Source of the DNA: Octopus sinensis
Taxonomy: Eukaryota
Direction of reading: 5' to 3'
DNA length: 64,000 bases
NCBI RefSeq assembly: GCF_006345805.1
Contig: NC_043014.1
Coordinates: forward strand, 24,180,001-24,244,000
Within the stretch, counting starts at the first letter, position 1; the number at the start of each line of letters is the position of its first letter. The notes beneath the pieces are model-generated. The model was not told the origin of the DNA. It saw nothing but the letters and a program-made list of their open reading frames with translations, and ran no database searches. The position numbers and the translations under genes were made by a program. Positions 12,901-25,934 of this stretch are shown here, piece by piece.

Positions 12901-13609
12901 AGAAAATTTTTGCCTTATAAGTTGGACATATTTTTGAGTACATTAGTCACACTGATTACAAGTGTACAATCAGAACTCCCCATTAGCTTGAAGTGACATA
13001 AAGTTATTGGATCTTGATACTCATGTTACGGGTAAATTTATTAGAGTTGGAGATGATGTCCTCTAATGATTTAGAGTAGTTACCTGTCTAATGGTTGGCA
13101 AGAAAATTTTTAACATCAGAACAACAAGACCATGCACAGGGCTCAGTGCTGTCCATTGAATTTTTACAATAAGATTATTTCATAAGCTCTCTTATCTGAG
13201 GTGGGAGGTGAGGGCATCAATAATCTCTGTTCAACTTTTACCATGTATTAGTCTTCCACTGTGTTGTAGGGCTGAGCAAAGCCTTGTGAGTAGATTTGGT
13301 AGATGGAAACTCAAAGAAGACATATGTATGCTTACATACATACATATAAATCTGCGCATATACATACATATAAACAAACAAAAATACCCTGTTGTTGATG
13401 TTGAAATTCCAATAAAGGAGCCTTGAATATAGGTTAGAAAATGGCTCTTTCTCTATTAGCAAGAAATAAAACTGAACAATGACATACATACATGCATGCG
13501 CTTGAAATCCAGGAACAGGAAATATAACCAAGTGCCTGATGCATAAAAGGGAGGGATAGAGATGCAGTAAAATGTGACAACTGATGCAGACTTTGTGGAG
13601 TTAACATCG

Positions 13610-14140
13610 AAAATATCACCCACATCATAAGTAGTTGTCCGAAAATGTCATCATGGTATTATCTACTGATAAGACATGATGTTGTAGCTAGGACACTATA
13701 ACGAAATCTGTGAGAAAGATAAACCCGAAGACAAAGAAATAAGAACCCACAGTATAGTAGAAGCTACAGCCACTTATAATAAAAAGGAGTACTGGTGGAA
13801 TGTCCCAGTGAAGACCTCAGTAAAATGTAAGCACAATAGATTTGATATAATGATTTGGGATAGTGAAGAGAAACTGTGCATAGTTGTGGAAATTAGCTGC
13901 CCAGCAGATGTTAGCATAAAGCTAAGATGAGTGAAAAAGAATATCTATGCTGAACTCTACAGTTACTCTATCCAGATTACAAGTTCATGTTTATACCTGT
14001 AATTATTAAGGCCCTGGCATATGTAACACACTGCCTAAATACCAATCTTGAGAATCTAGGTTTCTCAAAACCAGAAAGGAGAAAGCTAATTTGAAGACTA
14101 CAGATCCAATCCATCACTGGAACTGTAAAAATCTGTAAAA
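13610..14140 (+). mobile_element. R4/NeSL-type non-LTR retrotransposon, C-terminal restriction-like endonuclease remnant
   Basis: translates across frameshifts to RHDVVA...YWWNVPVKT..KHNRFDIMIWD..CIVVEISCPAD..EK..Y..FIPVII...ITGTVKICKT. Confidence 0.75.
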
Positions 14141-14164
14141 CAGACAAACAAACAAACAAACCTA

Positions 14165-15311
14165 CCTGTCTGCTCCTCTTCCTGGATGGCCACATTCTGC
14201 AATTGATAATGACACCATCCATAAAGTGGAACCTGCCCAAGAAGTGAACATAAGTGTAGGGTCCATGGAACGAATCATTCATGACCATTTGCACATGCGG
14301 AAGTTGTCTGCACAATGGATTCCCCAGACGCTCACACCTTTTCAGAAGTAGGAACAAGTCAGTTACTTCCAGAATCTTTTGGCAATGTGCCAAGAAAACA
14401 AGGAGAAATATTTTGGCAGACTTATTTTGGCAGAAATATTTTGGCCCATCATAGTGATGGGCCCATCACTATGATCCTGAGACTAAAGTCCAGCCAAAGC
14501 AATGGAAGCATGATAACTCACCACTTCCAAAGAAGGCTCAGGTGCAACCTTCAGCAAGATTTTTGTTCTTGTTTTCATCTTCTTTGGGTTGTTGTATGGG
14601 TATTTTTATAGCCTCCTGTATGCCATTTTCTATAAGTAAAGATGGGTATTTTTGTTTAAGCAAAAATTCTCTTAGTACTGTTATAGTTCTGTTAGGCTTT
14701 TGTTCTTGATATTTGCATCTTCTACAAAGGTACAAATTCTTCTGGCTAGGCAGTATGGGATGTTGCGTTTCGTACAAAACACAACATCCCTCAGTAGGCA
14801 AGATGATGCTCACAGTTTTTTGGAACTAGTGTGGAGTAGTGATGATGGATTTTCTGGCAAAGGGCACCACAATTAATGGGGCATATTATACTTCTCTGCT
14901 GCAGAAATTGCAGGACACCATCAAAGCAGAGGTGTGGCATGATAACCAAAGGAGTTTGCCTCCTCCAAGACAATGCCCCAGTTCACAATGTGCATGTTGT
15001 CCAGATGAAGGCACACTCCTGCAGCCATGAAATCTTTCCTCTCCCAACCTTGGACTGTCTGACTTCCACTTCTTTCCAACTTCCTTTTGAAGGAGTAACA
15101 CTTTATGAATTTATTTCCGAGGTAAGGTCTTGACTCCAGACACAATCTACCAACTTCTACAGGCGAGGTCTTCACAGCATCATAAAGCGATGTGAGAAGT
15201 GTATCACCATTGGTGGTGGCTATGTAGAGAAGAACTAATAATTATGCTAAGTTTCATTTATCCCAGTCCTTGGGAAGTGGGTCAGGGGAAACCTTTAATA
15301 AACACCCTTCG
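14165..15311 (+). mobile_element. Mariner transposon remnant, 5'-truncated, interrupted by a Penelope fragment
   Basis: HDHLHMRKLSAQWIPQTLT, YDPETK, GKMMLTVFW, LLQDNAPVH; right TIR ..AACACCCTTCG|TA, same family as 32441-33215. Confidence 0.85.
14557..14789 (-). mobile_element. Penelope-like element RT C-terminal fragment nested in mariner
   Basis: HP..SQKNLYLCRR...LREFLLKQKYPSLLIENGIQEAIKIP; splits the mariner PSA|GKMML codons with an approximate CTCAG(C/T)A duplication. Confidence 0.7.
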
Positions 15312-15339
15312 TACGCATACAATAGACAATAGACTTCTT

Positions 15340-16155
15340 CAAATGCTCTGGGGGATCCTTAGATGCAGTAAATAGCTTCTGTTACCTAGGCAATCAAGTT
15401 AGCAGCGGAGGAGAAAGTGTAGTTGTAGAATAAGAATATGTTAGGAAATGTTCAGAGAGTTGCTACCTTTGTTGGTAACAGAGGGTCTCTCCCTCAAAGT
15501 GAAAGACAGATTGTATGATGCCTATGTATGTACAGATATGCTACAGCTAGGCAGTGAAACACAAGTTATGACTACAGAGGACTTGCGAAAGTTAGGAAGA
15601 AATGAAGCCAACATGCTTCACTGAATGGGTAATGTCAGTGTGTACATACGACAGTGTGTAAATGATTTAAGGGGAAAACTGGGTAGAAGAGGCACCAGAT
15701 ATTGTGTGCAAGAGAGAAAACTGTACTGGTATGGTTATGTAATGTGTGTGGATGAGGACAGCTACTTAAAGAAGTGCTAATCTCTAATTGTGGACAGAAG
15801 CTGAGGAAGGGTTAGACCCAGAAAGACAAAGTGATGAAAAAAGATCTTCAGATGCTGGGCCTTACTGAGGAAGTGACAATTGACTAGCTGTTGAGGTGAT
15901 TTGCTGTACTTGAAAAGATACTTCAAACTAAGTAAATTTGTGGCCATCCATACATTCAGGCATGTCCCTTACAGGTGCTAGTGCTATGCAAGATGCACTC
16001 ATGCTGGTACTACGTAAGATGCACTTGTACCAGTGCTATGTAAATGCACGTGTTGGTGAAATGTAAAAAGCACCCAGCACACTCTGTAAAGTTGTTGGTG
16101 TTAAGAAGGGCATCCAACTGTAGAAACCTTACCAAAACAGATAATTAGAGTCCAG
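15340..16155 (+). mobile_element. Old RTE 3' fragment
   Basis: stop-riddled homologue of the RT C-terminus and 3'UTR of 1937-4584. Confidence 0.8.
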
Positions 16156-17416
16156 GCAGTGATGTACATATATTTACTAAATTGCTGACATTTATCAATG
16201 GCTTTTCCCATTGTGTTGATGCGCAATTTTCTATCATTAATAAAACTATTGACATTTTTGATGAGATAGGTATGCTAGTATTAAATGTTTGGTTCCATAT
16301 TTTAAATAAAGTTACGATATAATCCTTAAATCCTTAAAAATGTTTTAGCCCGAAGGCTGCGGCCATGCTGGGGCACCGTTAAATATTTAACATTTTTAAT
16401 TAAAATAAGTTTTATCTAATTAGAGAATTATCTGTCATACAAGACAACTGAGAACCAGCAAAATGAAGGCTCTCATCCACATTGTTACTTAACTTGCTAA
16501 AATAGCAGCCAAATCTTCCTCAAGTCACACCTTTCCTTATAAATTGGAAGGACACATTGGATAATGTGGTCCCCTGTATAATATATCTAATAAAAGGCTG
16601 GAATGATAACACCTGGAACACATCTAATCAAATTTGGCTACTATTTCTAGAAGTTTGAGTAACTGCAGAAGGCTGATGACTTCAGTTAATAGTAATTAGA
16701 AAATGCAAACACTTGACATCTTGCTTTTCTCAAGGCTGTGAGAATTGAGGAGAAATGGCTATATCTGGAATAGAAATCAAACTGTTTGACCTACATGTTA
16801 TGTAGCAGCTGAATTTTCCTTGAATACCCTCCAGTGATCAGTAATATCACCACATGTTCCAACACAGATTAATGATAACTTAACCCAACACAAGGGTGTT
16901 TAAATGAGAGTCAAATTGATGTTAATAAATTTAGTACTGGGAGTGTTAAAATGATACCTTGAAATAATTGCACTGTGAAAGAAAAAAGCTTTTACTGTAT
17001 GATTAAATATTAGTCAAAGATAGTTTTTTGGCAAGTAAGTAGAGAGCTGTTTTGGTGTTCTTAAATCTGCTTGGAAGAGCAATAGATGCAGGGCTGGTGC
17101 TAGGATGTGCAGGCCCAGTTAGAGGATTGTCAGTGGGATCCTCTACTCTATATAAGCTGAAGATTGATGTTTTATGCTTCATATAGTATGCAAGTCCCAG
17201 CCAAAAAGCACTAAGAACTTGAAACTCCACCATTAACCACAATGATATGCTAAAAATTTGTCAATTACATTGGACTGTGTGTGCAACTGAAAGAATGAAG
17301 GGCAAATTCAATCTTGGTGAAATTTGAACTCAAAATGTAAAGATGAACAAAATACTGCTAAGCTTTTTGTTTGGCTTGTTAATGATTCTGTTTGTAAAAA
17401 GCAATATTAGTTTTTG

Positions 17417-18060
17417 ACCATTCCTGCATGGGCTTTTACCCTTGTGTACCTTATGCCAGGATTTTGGTTCGTTTGGTAGTGTGAATAGGAGAATGTCCAG
17501 TTCCTTTCTGAAGACATACATATCCATTGAGTTGGTTTCTTAATTTTGGTGGGTAGAACACTGAAGAGCTGTTAGTCTTAGAACCCTAAGCTATTGCAGT
17601 ACTTGGTCCTGACATTAGATGGGATGAACTGTACCTTATGTACAATGCAATGGCATCCAGTTTGGGCATTTGTATAACACTCAATGCTGAAATTAGGTGC
17701 TAACCCTTCCAGAATTTTCCATATGTAGATTATTACATATCTCTTGCATCTTCACTTCAGAGAATAAAGTCATAGTTATTTTAGTCTCTCTCAGTAGCTC
17801 ATCTGCTGCACTGTTACAATCTTTTTAGTGTAGTAACATTGGACTGCTTCAAGATCAACTGTTAGCTTGGCACTATGTGGTGACCATAGATGACAGCAGT
17901 AGTCCAGGAGACTGAGATCAAAGGTCCTCCATAGTATCAGCATGACTTCTTGGTCTCTTGTCTTGAAAGACCTTAATATCTCTCCTTCCTGTTGTCCGCA
18001 CTTTGTTACCATGATCAAATCCCTTTTTGAAGTAGTGAGGGGGAGTTCCATGAATAATGT
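17417..18060 (-). mobile_element. Decayed CR1/L2-type LINE RT 3' fragment (inverted partner of 45225-46169)
   Basis: SFKTRDQEVMLILWRTF..SLLDYCCHLWSP..LEAVQ..YTKKI; near-identical to the reverse complement of 45607-46169. Confidence 0.85.
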
Positions 18061-18376
18061 ACCAATCTGGTGCTGAGGTCTTTTTCTCTTTCCCTCTTTC
18101 TCTATTTTGCCTGCTATTCAAAGGTCCAGCTTTGTAACATTGTGTCACACTTACTCAATTTGAAATTTGCAATAATGGTACATGTGCTTGTGCAATACTC
18201 AACCACTTACACATTAATTTCATTTTGTCAAGTAACTAAATACCCATCACTGAGAGTGAAGGAGAATCCATCACCATTTCCCAAACTTTTGATGTTAGCA
18301 GGCTCAATATGTAAAAGCAATATTTAAAATAATGTCGTTTTTCTCTTCATTATTCATGAGTTTCTCTATATTGCAG

Positions 18377-18483
18377 TTACATGAATGGTCAGAAATAAAC
18401 ACCAAGAAACTAAAGCAGGACCTGGAAACTGTCTATGGTCAAGGAATTAAAAGCCTTGCTGTCATTCTTATGCATTCTTACAT
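18377..18483 (+). CDS. OPLAH: 5-oxoprolinase exon (LHEWSEINTKKLKQDLETVYGQGIKSLAVILMHSY), phase 0/2
   Basis: ttgcAG acceptor, AT|GTAAGT donor; GIKSLAVILMHSY matches OPLAH GIRSLAVVLMHSY; too short to appear in the ORF track. Confidence 0.93.
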
Positions 18484-18759
18484 GTAAGTTCTTTTTTTTT
18501 TTTGCTTAGCAAACGTGTGACTTGGGATTCACTTCTGCTGCACATGTTGGGTAGTGTCCTCTTCCATTGTTTCAGATCAACCCAAACCTTGTGTGAATGT
18601 GATTGGGTAGACATAAATTGTGTGGAAGCCCATCAGACTTGTACCTGTTCTTAGGTGGTATATTTAGTGTGTTGCAGATTTAAAACCATCACCTGGTGTC
18701 CACTTTGTTGTAGCAATTCAAAATAGGCCTCTTGTTTGAGGATAATTCAGTATCTTGAT

Positions 18760-18863
18760 ATGGGATGGACTGTACCTTATGTACAATGCAATGACATCTA
18801 GTTTGGGCATTTGTATAACACTCAATGCTGAAATTAGGTACTAACCCTTCCAGAATTTTCCAT
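18760..18863 (-). repeat. Third, ~100-bp copy of the same LINE fragment
   Basis: direct match to about 17620-17722 with about 4 substitutions. Confidence 0.85.
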
Positions 18864-19574
18864 TTTCCTTCACACTAGTTTTGGAGTCCCTGCAAAAATG
18901 TCTTGACTGAGATCTAAGAATATTCGAATAAACTTATATCTTGTAACCATATATATTTATAAGTTGAGTACTGCAACCCAAATCTGTGGCATGTGATTGA
19001 TGACCAGAAAAATCATTTCACTTCACTCTTTGTCTATATCTGCAGCTTCATCGAGCCATCTTGTCCCTCAAACTCATAAAACATTTTCAGTGGTGATATA
19101 TTAAAACAACTTTGGTCAGCCTAAGGCTATAGTTGAAGACACTTGCCCAAGGTGCCATGCAGCAGGATTGAAATCAGTATCATGTGGTGGGGAAGCAAAC
19201 TTCTTACCACACAACTATGTCTGCCCTCCTTATACATGCATGCATGCATACATATATACATACATATGATGTGTGAGAAAGAGGAAACAATTTATGTGAT
19301 TCTTTATTAATCATTACAATCATTTCAACCCATCATGCATCAATCCCTTCCAGGTGAGATTCTGTATGACTGGTTGTGGTGCATCATTCAGTACAGATGT
19401 GCCTCATCAGGTGACTTTTCTGAAGGTACATTCTTTAATCTCCATTTTGCTTATTTCGGTTAGAAGACATTTTGTTATTATCTGTAGCTGGTGGCGTACA
19501 GGTGAGATTCTGAGTTAAAATGATTTAGAATGAGGAACAGTTCTCTTATAGGTAATGAATTTACTTACAATTAA

Positions 19575-19900
19575 TCTATATATATAAAACTGAGAATGTC
19601 TGTCTGTGTGAATCCCTAAAACTTGAGAACTACACAACCAATTTCATTCAAATTTTACACATGCCTTACTTGGTGTCATGTAGTGTCATAGGCAAAAAAT
19701 GTTTTCAACTTTTTGCCTAGTGCGAGCCCACAGCAATATCATATCTTCTCCACTATTTCAGTATTATATGTCAAAAGTGAAACAAAAACATCTCTCTATT
19801 GTTATGTCAGCTACTTTCACTTTAATACTGAAACTATTAAAGCTGGACATCCATTATGCTAGAAGAAGATCCGCTATGGTCTTATATGCTACACCACTGG
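19575..19900 (+). mobile_element. Non-autonomous Helitron-like element (family of 5240-5391); 3' end uncertain
   Basis: A|TCTATATATATAAAACTGAGAATGTCTGTC start. Confidence 0.6.
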
Positions 19901-19970
19901 TTTTAAATTCATATTGATCAAATTAATATTCAATTTTGCACCCTTATTATTTTAAATTTAAATTTACATG

Positions 19971-20001
<31 letters not shown>

Positions 20002-20007
20002 GTATAC

Positions 20008-20040
<33 letters not shown>

Positions 20041-20071
20041 TACATGTATATATATGGATGTATAAATATAT

Positions 20072-20544
20072 ATATTGTTGTATTTAGGAATGGTCATTTT
20101 GCCAGTTTAGCCAATAAAAACACACGCACTATATATTTGGTGTTACTTTGCTTCAGCGTTATTTACTTTTTACATTAATCTTAAAACAAATTACATGAAC
20201 GTATATAAACAGGAGATACAAATATTACAGGCACTCCCCACACACACACTAACTAAACAAAGACACACATAGAGGTATACGCATGTGCAAATGAAGACAC
20301 ATACAATAGGAATACAAAATACAAAATGGCTGACCGTTAATAAGGAGAGACACACAAATAAGAAAGAAGAAAGCAAAGGACCACTGATGAGGTCACAGAA
20401 GTGTGACAAAAGAACTCTGGCTGAAATAAGATTAAGATTAATGTAAAAAGTAAATAACGCTGAAACAAAATAACACCAAATATATAGTGCGTGTGTTTTT
20501 ATTGGCTAAACTGGCAAAACGACCATTCCTAAATACAACAATAT
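20072..20544 (+). mobile_element. Penelope-like pLTR foldback: 113-bp inverted arms around a spacer with a hammerhead-like core
   Basis: arms 20072-20184 / 20432-20544 with about 3 transitions; CTGATGA 20384-20390 followed by the GTCACA-GAAG-TGTGAC stem. Confidence 0.65.
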
Positions 20545-20725
20545 CTGTTTCAACACACAATTTCACATCAAAAACTTGCAAGACAAATATATAAACGTAA
20601 TATATATATATACACACACATATGTATATGTATACATGTATATATATATAGATGTATATGTATACATGTACACACACACATATATATAAATGGATTTCGT
20701 AGACAGGAAATGAAGCAAATCAATC

Positions 20726-20777
<52 letters not shown>

Positions 20778-22139
20778 ATATGTAAGTGTATGTGTGTGTC
20801 TTTATCTCTGTGTTTTGCCCTCATCACTGCTTCACAACTGCTGTTCATTTATTTACATCCCCATAACTTACTGCTTTTACAAGAACAAACTAATAGAATA
20901 AGTACCAGGCTTATCAACATAAAAAAAGTACTAAGCTGTGTCTCATATTTTTGTTTGCCCACTCAGTTGTATCTATCAATTTATCTTTGTGTGTGTGTGT
21001 GTGTATATATAGCACCCTAATGGGGGCCTTAACTCCCAAATTTTAGTCATTTCTTTTATGATCCAAAACTAGGTCAAAAGTACTGAATGGATCTTTATGA
21101 AATTTGGAAATTATATTCTATGCATAAGGGTCATAGCCCCTATGACAATTCATATATTTTTGCTTTTGATGAAATTTTAACCATAGATATTACACACAAA
21201 TGAAGTAATATTTATAAAATTTCATCTTCTTATAAGTTAGAAAGACCCCTCCATGGGGACCCACAATTTTGTCATTTTATCTAAGCAAAGACGAATACAG
21301 TTGTACTCCTGGAAGCTGTAGGGTTACCGGAGCATAAAAGATGAGCATTATTTGTAATTCAATGGTACAACAGTGTAACAGTTTGCTTTGACATACACTT
21401 AGATTGTGATTTCTGCAATGTAGTGCATAAATTGTCAAATAAATGAGAGGTATCTTTGCCACCACTGATTCAGTTGCAAAGTGTTGAGTAAAGTTATTTG
21501 ATTTCAGACCTCCTTTCAGTCTTTTTATTATCACTGGGTCACACATAGTCCCCAGATGGTAACATTGATTTCAAGACCTTCCCAGAGGAGTGGCTGGTTA
21601 TTCAAAGACATTTATAGATTGTAAATTTATTCTGTCCAGTTACGTATCATAATAGGGGTCATTTGCAAACTCCAGAGGTGACACTTTCATTTCTCTTTAG
21701 CCCTCTCGTGACACAGTTGTTAATGTTTATTTCAGCTGGGTCACGCCCTTCCAATTGCTATAGATTTGTAATGCATCTTATGGCTGTGCCTGTCACCTGC
21801 ATGGTGAGGAATACTACATTGGGAGTGGTAGCGACTAGGGTAAGGTAGCTGACTGCTTATTGTGATCATTCGTCTTTTGGTTTCCTAAAGCTTTGCTCTC
21901 TTTTACAAACCCAGTGAACATATATTTCCTATTTCAAAGAAATTCAAACAATAGATATAAGACCCAAGTTAAAAAGATTCTCAACAATTCAACTTCTCTG
22001 CTTGACATTAAGACACCCACCCCCAACAGGGGCCTTCACTCTTACATTTTAGAGCTCCATGACCTTCATTTTCCAGGAGCAAAATCCTTTTAACAGGTTC
22101 AATCAGACTGGAATTTTGGAATATGCACATAAAAATCAG

Positions 22140-22321
22140 TAGTATGGGATACATGTGGCATGATTACAATTTTTTAGGGTGTGTAAAGAGGGAAATAACC
22201 CTCATCTGCAATTTTGATGAAATTCGAAACATAGATATTCCAGTTCATTACAGAAAATATAACAGAAAAGTCTAATTCTTCAATTGCATGTAACATGGGC
22301 AACGCAGGGTATCTCTGCTAG
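22140..22321 (+). mobile_element. Helitron-like 3' terminus
   Basis: CATGGGCAACGCAGGGTATCTCTG-CTAG|T end. Confidence 0.55.
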
Positions 22322-23219
22322 TCATTAATAAAATACATATATAAGAATCAAAAATAAAATAAGTATACAATGAGCAGGTTAATCAAGTACTGTGCTTCTT
22401 CTGATAAAGAAATACATTAAATAAAGCCATAAAATGTATGAGATGAAGAGACAAAACACAAAAGACACAGTTGGGCATTTAAGTTGACATTTTATGACTA
22501 CAGTATATTATGGGGTAAAATACACAAACATAAGCATAGAAAATTACATTTATACATAAATATGAACATATTCACGGCAGGAGGTGCAGATGAAGGCAGC
22601 TGCATCGAACTCTCTCATGCATCAGATGGCGTTTGCTAAAAAGCATCCGTGAGGTAAAATCGTGTAGCAAACCAAATGGCGGTGCCCCAGCATGGCCACA
22701 GCTCATTAGCTGAAACTGGAAAAATCAAAAAATCAATCATACATCCACATCTATTCTTAATTGTCCCTTTAATTCAAGTTCTTCTGCCCTTTTACGACTC
22801 TTGTGGGTTCTTACCCAAAGTAAAAGTTATTAGCCCAGCTTACATGTGTTCAGCCACATGCACTAATTCACACACACATACATATTTATATTTTCATTTA
22901 GACTTACATGCATACACATAGATTCACTTATTGATCCTAATGAGTATAGATTAATATGCACACGCATATCAACTTAGATGCATGTATTTAATCCTACATG
23001 TGATCAAAGTACATGAATATATGTATTGTTACATATCAGATAGAGCCTTTGTGGTAAAGAAGCACATCTTATTTTTACAACTTTTATCATTATTTATTTT
23101 TTGTTTTGTTTGCAACAAACCTTCATTAAATCCCACAGACACTTCTTCATTCATTTTTTGATACTGAATTGTAAATAATAAAGTTCAGAACTGATATTTC
23201 ATGTTATATTATGTTATAG

Positions 23220-23335
23220 CTATCCAAATCATGAAAAACAAGTAGAAAAAATTGCCCAAGAAATTGGTTTTGAACACATTTCTTTGTCATCTGATGTAAT
23301 ACCAATGGTCAAAATTGTTCCCCGAGGTTATACAG
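23220..23335 (+). CDS. OPLAH: 5-oxoprolinase exon ([38 protein letters not shown]), phase 2/1
   Basis: ttatAG acceptor, G|GTATA donor; matches OPLAH HEQQV...[23 protein letters not shown]; AT+C forms an Ile codon across the intron. Confidence 0.95.
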
Positions 23336-25368
23336 GTATATTCTTTTGTTTTTAATATTTTTCTTGAATACATGCTGATGTTGTTTTGTGCCAAGTCAGT
23401 CCTTTTTTACCAGATCTTTGTTCAAAGATATTCCAGCTGTGATTATTCCCTTCTTTATAAACATGGTTGAATTTCAGACTATCCAATATGCTGTTCATTT
23501 TTTTTAGAGACAGTAATTTAAGAAAGATTCAGTTGTTATTTCTTGAATACTGAGTGACCAAATAAAGACTCTCAAATCCATTTTACAATATGGTATGGTT
23601 GATTGTGACATGCAAACATATATATTAAGGTTTTGGCAACCATATATATGTACATATATATAAAGTTTTTTGCAACCAAGCCTTCACAGTGCACCTCTGT
23701 TTATTCACTAGACACACTCTCCCTAACCCTAACTATAATGGTATGAAAGGGTAAATTAAATCTAACTCCACTAACAACCCTTTTTTGTGAACAGGGCTTT
23801 AACAGATAACTTCACTGAGGGGAAAACAGTGTTCCAGCATGAACAAAGAAAAAGTAAATGTATGCCCTTCACAATTACATTTCAAGAGAATATCTAGAGG
23901 TGACCCAATGGTTAAGAGATTAAGGGTGGCATTAGATTCTATTTTTAAATATTTACACCTTCATTTTATTATAGTTGAAGAATTGAAAGGGTGTTTCTAC
24001 CTTTTATAAAAATGTTTCTGGTGAAAAAGCAAAAAAGTTATTAATAACATGACAATAGTCTTCTTGAAATTTACACTGAATTATTGTTGCGTACCTTCTG
24101 TTTATTTGACAAATCAAATAATCCAGTAAGTGTCAAGAACCAAGCTTACCAGAAAATTAGTGCCCTTACTATAAAAGGCATGTATCATCATCATCTAATG
24201 TCCATTTCCATGCTGGCATGGGTTGGATGGTTTGACAGGAGCTGGTAAGCCTGGGGACTGTGCTAAGTTCCACTGTCTGCTTTGGCATGGTTTTGTAGCA
24301 AGACTTAAACTCATATTGCTACCTTGTGGATTTCAAAGCATGACATAGCAACAGCTTGACCATGTGTGCAACCAAATTATTGACCAATCAGAAACCAGAA
24401 ATCACATGAAAGATTATTCAGGAAGGCACTAGAATATTTCCCTACAAGGCCTATAAGCAACCCTTTTCAACACCAAACTTCAGTGTGTCCTTGTTTCCAA
24501 TCTGAAATACACATTCTTTCTTTCATAATCGTTATAACAACTGCTTGCTTAAGCCATAATGCAATTTGTAGTGGCAAGCCTGAAACAGCACATGTATAAA
24601 TATTCCTTGTGTTTAATCCAGCCCTAGTGGTAAATTTTAATATTCAGCAGCTTTGCATGTTGCATTACATTTCTTTCATCTTGTTAACCCTTTGTAGATA
24701 TCTTATAATTCATGAACAACTTTGTAATGATTTGCTCAGTGTTAATAAATTATGTTTAAATGTTTGCTTCATATTGTTGAATCATTGCATGCAGCTTCTA
24801 CAAATCAACCAGCAACCATCTCACCAACAACAAATCCCAGCAACATTGATGTGAACTAAGCAACAATTTTTTATAGCTGGACACCCTTCCTAATACTAAC
24901 CACTTTACAGAGTTTACTGGGTGCATTTTATGCGGCACCAGCATGTATGTGTGTGTAAAAACAAAAGATGTATACATTGATGAGGAAAATGATGAAACTG
25001 GTGCATTAAAACAAAAATACCTTCTGGTATTTATTCCACTAGAATTACTCAGGCACTCTATTATCACTGTTTCTATTGAAAATTCAGTCAACCAATGAAT
25101 TAAGCTGTTATTCATCAAAAAAGAAAAAAGCATAGTCTTTTACCCAGGCATATACTGGGTATTGGTTCAATTATTTGTTCTCCCCACCTATAAATAAGGA
25201 TTAAAACACTAGTTTGTAAAACTGAAATCTTAATAGCTTTTCTCAGACGTTTATACAGCTACTATACTGAGATTTATTTACATGTTAACACATTACTGCA
25301 TCGTCTCCAAACATTATAAAGCCATTTATATTTTTATATTTTGTATGTTTTTATTTATCGATCTACAG

Positions 25369-25448
25369 CCTGTGCTGATGCTTATCTAACTCCATGTGTG
25401 AAGAAATACATTGCCAGCTTTGCGGAAGGTTTCAAAGACCAGTTGAAG
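25369..25448 (+). CDS. OPLAH: 5-oxoprolinase exon (ACADAYLTPCVKKYIASFAEGFKDQLK), phase 1/0
   Basis: ctacAG acceptor, AAG|GTAAA donor; conserved ACADAYLTP motif. Confidence 0.95.
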
Positions 25449-25934
25449 GTAAAAAATAAGAATAAAATATTAGTGTTAGAGATTGTTGCTATTGTTGCTT
25501 AGCTCTTGGTAAGTCCTGATCTAACAGATGTATAATAAAAAGCATTCTAGCCTTGTCTATCTCATTTTTTTTTGTCCAATATGTCCAATATGTCCTTACC
25601 TTTTTGAGATAGTAGGATGTGATTTGAAAGAGAATTGATTGCCATTTCTAGCTGGTTCAGGTACTACAAGGAAGCTCCCTCTGTTATTCAGCAATATTGA
25701 TTGTGATTGTGGTCATAGTGGAACTGTGAATTTTTTTCTTTGCCTTTTTGTTCATTACTTCTAAGGTTATGAACTAACCGGGGATCTACTGCATTTTCTG
25801 AATGTCTACATTTCTTGTTGTTTAGCCCCAGATCAACTCTATTTGAGCAGATCTATGATCAATCAAAGGCATTCCAGCCTTGACCATCTCATAATTTTTA
25901 ATATTAAAGCCCACATTATTCAATGTAAAATAAT

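Noticed and set aside
21277-22093. Possible decayed RT fragment (LEFAND-like motif on the minus strand)
   Set aside because: Similarity is too weak to assign by eye; it needs a profile search.
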